The translations under genes were made by a program, and so were the position numbers. From Campylobacterota bacterium (GTDB lineage Bacteria > Campylobacterota > Campylobacteria > Campylobacterales > Sulfurimonadaceae): 16,856 nucleotides of DNA. The notes under the pieces are model-generated. The model did no database searches and was not told the DNA's origin. It saw only the letters and a list, made by a program, of their open reading frames with translations. The first letter of the stretch is position 1, and every line of letters begins with the position of its first letter. Location: NCBI GenBank assembly GCA_034661055.1, contig JAYEKO010000046.1, positions 1 through 16,856 on the forward strand. The letters run 5' to 3'. Shown here in pieces: positions 1 to 7,560 of this stretch.

Positions 1-1
1 T

Positions 2-49
2 TTAGGTTTAATGTTTAGCATTGATATCGTGCATAAATACACTGCATAA
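2..49 (+). CDS. Possible 3' end of an upstream gene (…LGLMFSIDIVHKYTA*), truncated by the window edge
   Basis: Frame 2 is open from the window start to tandem stops TAA TAA (47-52), directly followed by a terminator-like palindrome. Too short to identify. Confidence 0.35.
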   Translation, partial: LGLMFSIDIVHKYTA

Positions 50-59
50 TAAACTTTAG

Positions 60-96
60 TATCTGCTATATTTAAATATAGCAGATATACTTTTTT
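60..96 (+). terminator. Intrinsic-terminator-like perfect 28-bp palindrome followed by a T-tract
   Basis: TATCTGCTATATTT/AAATATAGCAGATA (60-87) is perfectly self-complementary, followed by TAC and TTTTTT (91-96); 7 nt after the tandem stops. Confidence 0.65.
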
Positions 97-184
97 GCAA
101 ATATCTACAATACTTCTAAAATAATCTCACATAAAACTCACAATACCTAGCTATATTACAGATATTAAACATAAAGGATAGAAA

Positions 185-1825
185 ATGAACTCTTTAATTA
201 GCAAAATGACAGCTACTGTAGTTATGCTGGCTATAGGAACAACAAGCTCATATTCTGAGGAAAAACATGCCTCTTTCTTGCCATCTGATATAGCTAAAAA
301 ATCAGGAATCAACAAAAGGGTATCCATAGAAGGTGAAACAGAGGGGGATTCTTTATTGGAGGATGACCTTATTCCTGTTTTACCAAGTGATGTAAGAAAT
401 GTAAGTGCCTCTGATGGTGCAGATAATAACACCATTGTCATAGCTTGGGCAAGAACACAGGGAGCAGACTATTATAAAATTGGTAAATCTCTTTGGGGCT
501 GGATAAGTTGGATAGATACAAATGTTGGAGATACAATATTTTCTTATTCAACTACACCAGGCCAATCTTTTACATTTGCAGTTGCTGCATGTAACGATGT
601 GGGCTGTAGCGCCATAGATACTGATATTGGATCAACTTCCGGATTTACGATGCCAGAACTAGATATAGATAGAATTCCTGAACTTACTCCAATCGATCCA
701 GAACCAATCGATCCTGAACCAATTGACCCTGAGCCAGAAGCAGATGAACCAGAAGCAGAAGAAGCTGAACCTGCTGTACTTCTTTCACCAACAGGGCTTA
801 GCGCTTCTGATGGTGAATTTGCCGACAGAGTGGAAATCACTTTTAATGCAGCAGCAGGGGCAGCATCTTATTGGGTGTTTAGATCAGATGAGCTGTTTGG
901 TATGGACTATCGTTCTATTACTAGGACTTCAAGTACATCATTTGTAGATACTACAGCAGTTCCTGGAGTGCAATACTATTATGCGGCAACATCTTGTGAT
1001 GCCGACGGGGTGTGTACTGAGGGTATAACACCAGATGGTGGCTACGCAGGAGTATTAGGAGAAGGTGCTGTTGAAGAAGAAGATGAAGTAGTTGATGAGG
1101 CTGTAGCTCCTACCGTTCCGGATAGAATTACCACAAGCAGGGGTGTCTATGAAGATAAAGTTGAAATCGCTATATCTGAAGTTGATAATGCGACACAATA
1201 TGAAATTTACCGTACCACTGATGCTTCATCAATGGGAACCAAATTAGGTTCAACGGCAGAAACTATTACTAATGATAATACAGTTACTTCTGGTATTAAC
1301 TACTTCTACAGAGTAAAAGCATGTAACGATGCAGGATGTAGTGATTTTACAATGGCAGACAGAGGTTTTGCGCAAGCATTAGAAAGTGAGCCTGAGAGAG
1401 CAGTAGAAGAGATTGAAGAGACTGTACTAGGACTTCTTGTTAGTCAAGAAAGTTATATGATTGGTGGATCTTTTGGACGTCATGATTTTGCTGGAGTAGA
1501 AAGCTCATTCGACTGGGCATTTACCACGCCACGTGGTTCATCATTTCAACTACAAGGTATTCCTGCTACATCAGGTGATGTCTTTGGTTGGGCAGCAGCA
1601 GATATACCAACTCCAACTCCAGCATGGTATATGTTTGCATTAAACGTAGATATTGATGATGATGGAACCATGAAGTTTGATTGGATATTAGCATCTACTG
1701 ATATGAACAATAAGATGGTATTTAAACTAAGCGGTGTCAGTGGAACAGGTGAATTCTTATATTCAGATAGAATTAATGTAAACTACAGCATCAGCAATGG
1801 AGAGATTTTCTTTACAACTCCATAA
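185..1825 (+). CDS. Secreted acidic protein with three fibronectin type III-like repeats and an uncharacterised C-terminal domain (546 aa)
   Basis: SD AAGGA at 174-178; Sec-type signal peptide (MNSLISKMTATVVMLAIGTTSSYS). Three ~85-aa repeats begin ASDG/ASDG/TSRG and end with Cys pairs CNDVGC, CDADGVC, CNDAGC, with FN3-like patterns (PGVQYYYAATS, SGINYFYRVKA). Pro/Glu-rich linkers. Confidence 0.8.
   Translation: MNSLISKMTATVVMLAIGTTSSYSEEKHASFLPSDIAKKSGINKRVSIEGETEGDSLLEDDLIPVLPSDVRNVSASDGADNNTIVIAWARTQGADYYKIGKSLWGWISWIDTNVGDTIFSYSTTPGQSFTFAVAACNDVGCSAIDTDIGSTSGFTMPELDIDRIPELTPIDPEPIDPEPIDPEPEADEPEAEEAEPAVLLSPTGLSASDGEFADRVEITFNAAAGAASYWVFRSDELFGMDYRSITRTSSTSFVDTTAVPGVQYYYAATSCDADGVCTEGITPDGGYAGVLGEGAVEEEDEVVDEAVAPTVPDRITTSRGVYEDKVEIAISEVDNATQYEIYRTTDASSMGTKLGSTAETITNDNTVTSGINYFYRVKACNDAGCSDFTMADRGFAQALESEPERAVEEIEETVLGLLVSQESYMIGGSFGRHDFAGVESSFDWAFTTPRGSSFQLQGIPATSGDVFGWAAADIPTPTPAWYMFALNVDIDDDGTMKFDWILASTDMNNKMVFKLSGVSGTGEFLYSDRINVNYSISNGEIFFTTP
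689..733 (+). repeat. 3 x 15-bp coding tandem repeat (PIDPE)3
   Basis: CCAATCGATCCAGAA / CCAATCGATCCTGAA / CCAATTGACCCTGAG; units differ only at synonymous positions. Confidence 0.9.
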
Positions 1826-1830
1826 CTTAT

Positions 1831-1849
1831 CTAGGGAGCTTCTCCCTAG
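1831..1849 (+). terminator. GC-rich hairpin after the FN3 gene, probable terminator
   Basis: CTAGGGAG-CTT-CTCCCTAG, 8-bp stem, 5 nt after the stop codon; no clean U-tract. Confidence 0.6.
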
Positions 1850-1851
1850 TA

Positions 1852-1860
1852 TGATATAAT
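1852..1860 (+). promoter_or_regulatory. Extended -10 sigma70 promoter for the hypothetical/DMT pair
   Basis: TGATATAAT is a perfect TGnTATAAT, 33 nt upstream of the ATG at 1894. Confidence 0.7.
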
Positions 1861-1893
1861 CTTACACACTAAATAACTACCCAAAGAATTACA

Positions 1894-2493
1894 ATGAAAC
1901 TTAAATATGTTGGACCAAAACCTCTCATCTCTTACTCTGGAATTGATTTTGAACACTCTAAAGAAGACAAATATATCTATTTAAATGTTGTCGCACAACT
2001 TATTAAAGCAGTGGATCACGACTATATTGAAGAGAAGACCTATATTTACCATACCGACTCCAAACGATATGATAATGAGGAAATTATTAAAATTTTAGAG
2101 CAGTATGATCCTGAGATTTTATCTAAAGCTCAAGCCCGTGCTCAAGAGACATATGATGAGATTACAGATGATGTTGTACGTGCTCGTCACAACAAAGTGC
2201 TTGATCAGGAAAATATCTCCGTTTTAGTTAAAAACATTACATTGATGCGAGACTATAGACTTCAACGCTCCTACAACAAAAGTGTTTACTACAGCGCTAT
2301 CAATATTTTAGCTGATATCTTAAAAAAAGATCATATAGATTATGTAGTAGCTCCAATGTTTGCTAAATTTACACATGTATTTCACTCTATTCAAGGTGTA
2401 TTTGCAAATAAAAAATCTCCTATTAATTCACGCATTGAAATTTATAGTGAGCATGAAAAATTATTAGTCAAACTTGATGTTATCACACTTTAG
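1894..2493 (+). CDS. Hypothetical cytoplasmic protein (199 aa)
   Basis: Long ORF with host-like codon usage downstream of a consensus promoter; no signal peptide, TM helix or motif that I recognise; weak SD. Confidence 0.8.
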   Translation: MKLKYVGPKPLISYSGIDFEHSKEDKYIYLNVVAQLIKAVDHDYIEEKTYIYHTDSKRYDNEEIIKILEQYDPEILSKAQARAQETYDEITDDVVRARHNKVLDQENISVLVKNITLMRDYRLQRSYNKSVYYSAINILADILKKDHIDYVVAPMFAKFTHVFHSIQGVFANKKSPINSRIEIYSEHEKLLVKLDVITL

Positions 2494-2507
2494 AGCACTA
2501 TAAAAAC

Positions 2508-3395
2508 GTGTTTAAGTCAGTAGAGAGTGGCGTAAAATTTATGCTACTTAGCTCCCTATTCTCTGCAGTTAATGGAGCAGTTGCTAAAATACTATCAGAT
2601 GAAATCAGTGCTTTAGAGATAGTATTTTTTAGAAATCTTCTTGGTGTCCTTATTATTCTTTTTACGCTAAAGCATACTCCAGCACTCTTTAGTAAAGATA
2701 AGCTTGGTCTCTTATTGGTTCGTGGATTTATGGGGTTTAGTGCAATGATAATGTTTTTTTACACCATTACATCAATTCCTCTAGGGGTAGCAATTACCTT
2801 AAATAAGACGTCTCCGTTCTTTGTTGCAATTTTAGCCTTTTGGCTGCTCAATGAACGAGCTACTAAAAAAAGTGTTGCAGCTGTGTTTATAGGTTTTATT
2901 GGTGTACTGCTTATTACAAGTCCCAATGAACTTAGTATTAGTTATGAGCATGTTTTGGGATTATTGGGTGGTTTCTTTGCTGCTGCTGCCTACACGACAA
3001 TTCGTAAGATTAAAGACCATTTTGATTCACGCATTATTGTACTTTCATTTATGGGGGTAGGTACTGTTATTCCATTTTTTATGTTTTTACTCGCGAGCGT
3101 CTATACTCCTCCAGAGTATTTAAAGTTTTTAATTGATGACTTTAGTATGCCAGAGACAAAATCAGTATGGTTTTACATTGGATTAATGGCAGTGATTGCA
3201 ACCATATCTCAGTGGTTATTAACCAAAGCATATTCAAGTTCTAACGCTACTGTTATTGGAGTTGTAAGTTATACAAACATTCCTTTTGCTATTGGATTTG
3301 GTATGATGTTGGGAGATCCAATTCCAAGCCTTGCAGCTTTTTGTGGAATTGTTTTAATTGTTTTAGGTGGTCTATTGGTCAAAAAAGGCAGTTAG
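2508..3395 (+). CDS. DMT superfamily (EamA-like) transporter, about 10 TM helices
   Basis: GTG start; two hydrophobic EamA repeats with typical motifs (EIVFFRN, TSPFFVAILAFWLLNER, QWLLTKAY, GMMLGDPIP). Confidence 0.9.
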   Translation: MFKSVESGVKFMLLSSLFSAVNGAVAKILSDEISALEIVFFRNLLGVLIILFTLKHTPALFSKDKLGLLLVRGFMGFSAMIMFFYTITSIPLGVAITLNKTSPFFVAILAFWLLNERATKKSVAAVFIGFIGVLLITSPNELSISYEHVLGLLGGFFAAAAYTTIRKIKDHFDSRIIVLSFMGVGTVIPFFMFLLASVYTPPEYLKFLIDDFSMPETKSVWFYIGLMAVIATISQWLLTKAYSSSNATVIGVVSYTNIPFAIGFGMMLGDPIPSLAAFCGIVLIVLGGLLVKKGS

Positions 3396-3398
3396 TTA

Positions 3399-4754
3399 TT
3401 AAATACCCTCTGCAATCATTGCATCAGCTACTTTTTTAAAGCCTGCAATATTGGCACCATCAACATAGTTACCCTCAACACCGTAATCTTTAGCTGTTAA
3501 AGAGACACGCTTACAGATTTGCTGCATAGTATCTTTAAGTTTTGCATCAACCTCTTCAAAACTCCACTTCTGCATAGCAGCATTTTGACTCATCTCAAAT
3601 TCACTTACGGCAACTCCACCTGCATTGGCAGCTTTTGCTGGAGCAAAACATACTTTATGACTCAAAAATGCTTCTATGGCTTCTGGAGTAGATGGCATAT
3701 TGGCACCCTCGCTAACACTAACACAGCCATTTGTAATAAGGTTTTGTGCATCAAGCTCAGTCAACTCATTTTGTGTTGCACATGGAAACGCTGCATAACA
3801 CTCAATACTCCACACTGCATGTCCACCTTCTGGATACTCAGAAACTGGAATGTACGTTGCCCCAGGATTAGCTTGCATATACTCTTCTAATGGAACACGA
3901 CGCTCAAGTTTCAACTCTTTTAATAGCGCTAAATCAACACCACGAGGATCATAAATAGTCCCTTTTGAGTCGGTACATGTTACAGGAATAGCACCAAGAT
4001 GATAGAGTTTTTCAATAGCATGTATTGCAACATTACCAGCACCACTAACCGTACACACTTTACCCTCTAAAGACTCTTGGTTCTCCATCTCCAACATTGT
4101 TTCTGTAAAATATACCGTTCCATAACCTGTAGCTTCTGGTCGCATTAATGAACCACCAAACATAAACGGTTTTCCTGTTAAAACACCCTCATACGTCGAG
4201 GTTATTTTTTTATACTCTCCAAAAAGAAAACCGATTTCACGTCCCCCTACTCCAATATCGCCAGCAGGAACATCCATACGAGGACCAATATATTTATGAA
4301 GTTCTGTCATAAATGCCGAACAGAACTTCATAATTTCAAAATCACTTTTACCTTTAGGATCAAAATCACTTCCACCTTTACCGCCGCCAATAGGAAGACC
4401 GGTAAGAGCATTTTTAAGAATCTGCTCAAAACCTAAGAACTTCAAAATCCCCTCATTAACAGTTGGATGAAAACGCAAACCACCTTTGTATGGCCCTAGC
4501 GCATTATTAAATTGAACACGAAAACCTGTATTGACCTGAATATTTTGATTGTCATCCATCCAGGTAACTTTAAACTTTATAATTCTATCTGGTACTACTA
4601 AACGCTCCAAAATAGCATGTCTTGCATACTTTTCATCAGACTCTAATAGAGGAGCAATAGAGTGAATCACCTCTTCCATAGCCTGAAAAAATACTGCATT
4701 CTCATGACAGTCACCGCTTTCAAATTTTTTAATTTTATTTTCTACAGTACTCAT
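3399..4754 (-). CDS. gdhA: NADP-specific glutamate dehydrogenase
   Basis: GPYKGGLRFHP, GGGKGGSDFDPKGKS, DVPAGDIGVG, RPEATGYG, GAGNVA, EGANMP, GANIAGF; SD AAGGAG overlaps the psd stop. Confidence 0.96.
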   Translation of the reverse strand: MSTVENKIKKFESGDCHENAVFFQAMEEVIHSIAPLLESDEKYARHAILERLVVPDRIIKFKVTWMDDNQNIQVNTGFRVQFNNALGPYKGGLRFHPTVNEGILKFLGFEQILKNALTGLPIGGGKGGSDFDPKGKSDFEIMKFCSAFMTELHKYIGPRMDVPAGDIGVGGREIGFLFGEYKKITSTYEGVLTGKPFMFGGSLMRPEATGYGTVYFTETMLEMENQESLEGKVCTVSGAGNVAIHAIEKLYHLGAIPVTCTDSKGTIYDPRGVDLALLKELKLERRVPLEEYMQANPGATYIPVSEYPEGGHAVWSIECYAAFPCATQNELTELDAQNLITNGCVSVSEGANMPSTPEAIEAFLSHKVCFAPAKAANAGGVAVSEFEMSQNAAMQKWSFEEVDAKLKDTMQQICKRVSLTAKDYGVEGNYVDGANIAGFKKVADAMIAEGI

Positions 4755-4768
4755 TTTATTTATCTCCT

Positions 4769-5584
4769 TTAAATTAGTGTAGCTATTATTTGTGTAAATT
4801 TTACATCTTCATCTGCTTTTATATGTAAATCCAATGTATCTTTTTCTGTAATAATGACAATAGTCGATCCCATCTCAAAACAACCAAAATCATCACCTTT
4901 TTTTAGTAGTAGATCTTTAAAGTCATAAGAACGTTTATAGGCATCAGCATCATTAGTCACAAGCTCTGGCTCAAAACTTATCTGCATCTTACCAACATTT
5001 AAAGCGCCCACTAAAACCAAATACATTAACTTTGATTCAGAGGTCTCTGCTTCAATAACAACACGCTCATTTTCAATAAAAAGATTTTTAATGTTATTAA
5101 GTGCTGGCATATTTACAGGATATAGCTTACCAGGGACATGAGTAGCACGATTAATCTTCAGATCACATGGTAGATGGTATCGATGATAATCTTTTGGAGA
5201 GAGGTAAAAGTTAACGAATGTCCCGTTACGAAGTCTCTCTCTATTTTTGACACTTATCTCATCAGTTAAAAGTTCATCAACACTGTAACTCATGCCTTTA
5301 ATCTGAAGGGCTTGGTTATCATCTAAATTACCACATTCACTGATAAAGGAGTCGCATGGTGAGATAAAATCTTTAGACTCAGTTGAAAACTCACGTGGAG
5401 TCTCTAAAGATCTTGTAAAGAGCATATTTAGACTAGCGTATTCGTGAGGATGTTTAAACTCACTCATATCAAGCCCCATAAGAGTTACATAGCTTCTATT
5501 GACCATGTTTTGAAACCATGGAGAAAATTCACACGATGCAAACTTTCCAAACCCTTGTGATATCAAACTACTAACTGCTCTCAT
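4769..5584 (-). CDS. psd: Phosphatidylserine decarboxylase proenzyme (start reassigned to ATG 5584, MRAVSS…, 271 aa)
   Basis: FTR, SPCD, QIKG, YLSPKDYHRYH, LFIENERV, VGALNVG and autocleavage motif FEMGST. GGAG lies 6 nt upstream of ATG 5584; 14-nt overlap with the truD end. Confidence 0.93.
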   Translation of the reverse strand: MRAVSSLISQGFGKFASCEFSPWFQNMVNRSYVTLMGLDMSEFKHPHEYASLNMLFTRSLETPREFSTESKDFISPCDSFISECGNLDDNQALQIKGMSYSVDELLTDEISVKNRERLRNGTFVNFYLSPKDYHRYHLPCDLKINRATHVPGKLYPVNMPALNNIKNLFIENERVVIEAETSESKLMYLVLVGALNVGKMQISFEPELVTNDADAYKRSYDFKDLLLKKGDDFGCFEMGSTIVIITEKDTLDLHIKADEDVKFTQIIATLI

Positions 5585-6665
5585 TCTTGTCTCCTCGTAT
5601 TTCTCGTCCTGCAATCTCTTCTATGAGTACAGTTGCATAAGAGCCTTTTGGCAATGAAAAATGAAGTTCATACCACGCTTCATTCTCTTTATATTCACCT
5701 TCGATATCTTCTGGAAAAATCCAGGCGTAACGACGAGCACCATCAACATTGGCTTCAAAATCAAACTCTTTTTCACTTAAGTGTGCTAGTGCTGTAGCTC
5801 TCTGCGCCCGTTTCCCTGCAAGCAGACCAGTTGGCGATACATTTTTACATGTAAAACGTTCAACTTCTTCTTCAGTGGCTTCAAAACTGTAGAGCCTGCC
5901 ATATGGATAATGCATCATCACATCTCCATCTAAAAGCTTAAATGGATGCTGCTGTTTTTTAATATTAGTTAATATATCTTCTGGAATATTAAGTAAATCT
6001 ACAATCTCTTTAGGTTCAAAACTTGAAATTAGTTTTGATTTTTCAAGACGACTGCTCAACCATAAATTAAACAGATGACTCTGATACGCATTAATATACA
6101 TCTTTTTAAGCTTTGCATTACGCTCTTTACGCCCATTAAATAGTATTTCTTCACCTATTTTATAGTTATTTTTTTCAACACCAAAACGTTGAAATCCAAA
6201 GTAATTTGGTATGCCGAATTTTTTAATACTATGAAGGACTTGACCTATTTTTTGCGCATCTGTCGGATTTACTTTTTTTAGACGAATAAAAAAACGATTA
6301 CCTCTAAGATGTCCTATTTTTATCTTGTTATTATGATATGTTTTAGAAAGTATCTTAATACCATCATTCTCAAAACTTTTCATCTTCTCTTCATGCTGTT
6401 TGTGTATTGAGATGTACTGTTTTGTCTGTGCGTTTTTGTCTTTAAGACCGGCATATCCTATGTCACGAGACCTAATTTTAAGATGCTTGGCAATCAATTC
6501 TAACATCTGCCATGTCGTAAGATTTTTCTTTCTTACATGTAAAACCAGATGCTCACCTTCTCCGCTAAACTCATATAGTGGTATCTCATCAACAACAAAA
6601 TCACGAGGTGTTTGTCTAAAATGAAACGGTATTGGGGCATGTGAATAGGCATAAAATCTGTCCAT
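5571..6665 (-). CDS. truD: tRNA pseudouridine(13) synthase TruD
   Basis: DFVVDE, GEGEH, catalytic YAGLKDK, GHLRGNRF, PNYFGFQRFG, AYQSHLFN, FSLPKGSYAT. Confidence 0.96.
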   Translation of the reverse strand: MDRFYAYSHAPIPFHFRQTPRDFVVDEIPLYEFSGEGEHLVLHVRKKNLTTWQMLELIAKHLKIRSRDIGYAGLKDKNAQTKQYISIHKQHEEKMKSFENDGIKILSKTYHNNKIKIGHLRGNRFFIRLKKVNPTDAQKIGQVLHSIKKFGIPNYFGFQRFGVEKNNYKIGEEILFNGRKERNAKLKKMYINAYQSHLFNLWLSSRLEKSKLISSFEPKEIVDLLNIPEDILTNIKKQQHPFKLLDGDVMMHYPYGRLYSFEATEEEVERFTCKNVSPTGLLAGKRAQRATALAHLSEKEFDFEANVDGARRYAWIFPEDIEGEYKENEAWYELHFSLPKGSYATVLIEEIAGREIRGDKNESS

Positions 6666-6676
6666 TATTACTCTCT

Positions 6677-7501
6677 TTAAAAGTGGTGTAATTTACAGCG
6701 GTTTTTAAATCTACCGCGCTTACTTATGGCTATTATGGTTAGTTCAACTCTGCTACTTTGAGCTAGCCGAACCATTTTTTTTCTATTTCTTGGTGAAAAA
6801 GTAATTAACATCTCATACTCTTCACCACTACAAGCAAATTTTTTCGGAATTGTAGCTAAAAAATTAAAACCTAGTCTATTAATTTTAGATAATTTACCCA
6901 AATCACTAAAAAGTCCATCTGAAATATCCATTCCACTACTTAATGATGCTGTAGCAGATTCTATAAACTTATCTTGAAGTACAATTTTGTTAAATTTTGA
7001 ATTTACATGTAAATTACCACCACTTAAAAGATAACGTAATTCTTTGGCACTTTTTCCAAGTTTACCAGTATAGGCAACCAAATGATTTTGCTTTAAACCT
7101 TTACGCAGCAAAGGTCTCTTGGTTTGTGAGACAATGGTGACAGAGATGTCAAGCTTACTATTAGCAACAGTGTCTCCACCAATAATTTCAATACCAAACT
7201 TCTCTGCGGTCTCAACAAAACCACGAGTCAACTCTTTCATATCGCTAAGGCTTAAGCTACGAGGCATTGCAATACCAATAAGAGCATACACTGGTTTAGC
7301 GTTCATCGCTACAGCATCAGAGATATTTACCATCATTGAACGCACCGCAATTTCGTACATACTAAACCACTCACGTCTAAAATGTACATTTTCAAAAAAG
7401 AGATCTTTGGAGTAGACAAGTGCTTTTATTGCAGCACCATCATCGCCTATATGTCGTGATTTTGAAGAAATATGTTTAATAAAATAATCTTCAGTGTTAA
7501 T
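6677..7501 (-). CDS. thiL: Thiamine-monophosphate kinase (274 aa if it starts at ATT 7501)
   Basis: VNISDAVAMNA, IGGDT, MDISDGL, SGEEYE and C-terminal HHF. The frame stays open upstream of the track start (7360) and encodes the conserved EDYFI, IGDDGA and KDLFFENVHF motifs. Confidence 0.92.
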   Translation of the reverse strand: MNTEDYFIKHISSKSRHIGDDGAAIKALVYSKDLFFENVHFRREWFSMYEIAVRSMMVNISDAVAMNAKPVYALIGIAMPRSLSLSDMKELTRGFVETAEKFGIEIIGGDTVANSKLDISVTIVSQTKRPLLRKGLKQNHLVAYTGKLGKSAKELRYLLSGGNLHVNSKFNKIVLQDKFIESATASLSSGMDISDGLFSDLGKLSKINRLGFNFLATIPKKFACSGEEYEMLITFSPRNRKKMVRLAQSSRVELTIIAISKRGRFKNRCKLHHF

Positions 7502-7525
7502 AACATCATCCTATTACAATTTTTT

Positions 7526-7534
7526 AGTATAATA
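7526..7534. promoter_or_regulatory. Overlapping divergent -10 elements (bidirectional promoter)
   Basis: + strand TATAAT 7528-7533; - strand TATTAT (7534-7529) or TATACT (7531-7526), in the 59-bp gap between divergent genes. Confidence 0.55.
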
Positions 7535-7560
7535 CAATAATTTCAATTAAGAGGTCCGTT

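Noticed and set aside
689..733. 15-bp repeats as CRISPR or phase-variable repeat
   Set aside because: No spacers, in-frame unit length, synonymous divergence; a protein linker.
5585..5614. Track start of psd at TTG 5614
   Set aside because: ATG 5584 has a well-spaced GGAG and gives a shorter, typical overlap with truD.
7439..7510. Out-of-frame ATGATG mini-ORF (MMLLTLKIILLNIFLQNHDI*) over the thiL start, as a leader peptide or frameshift
   Set aside because: The ATGs overlap or lie only 2 nt from the AGGA SD, too close for efficient initiation; no slippery site is evident. The ATT start explains the homology more simply.
7502..7560. TPP riboswitch upstream of thiL
   Set aside because: No room (59 bp) and no conserved TPP aptamer motif.
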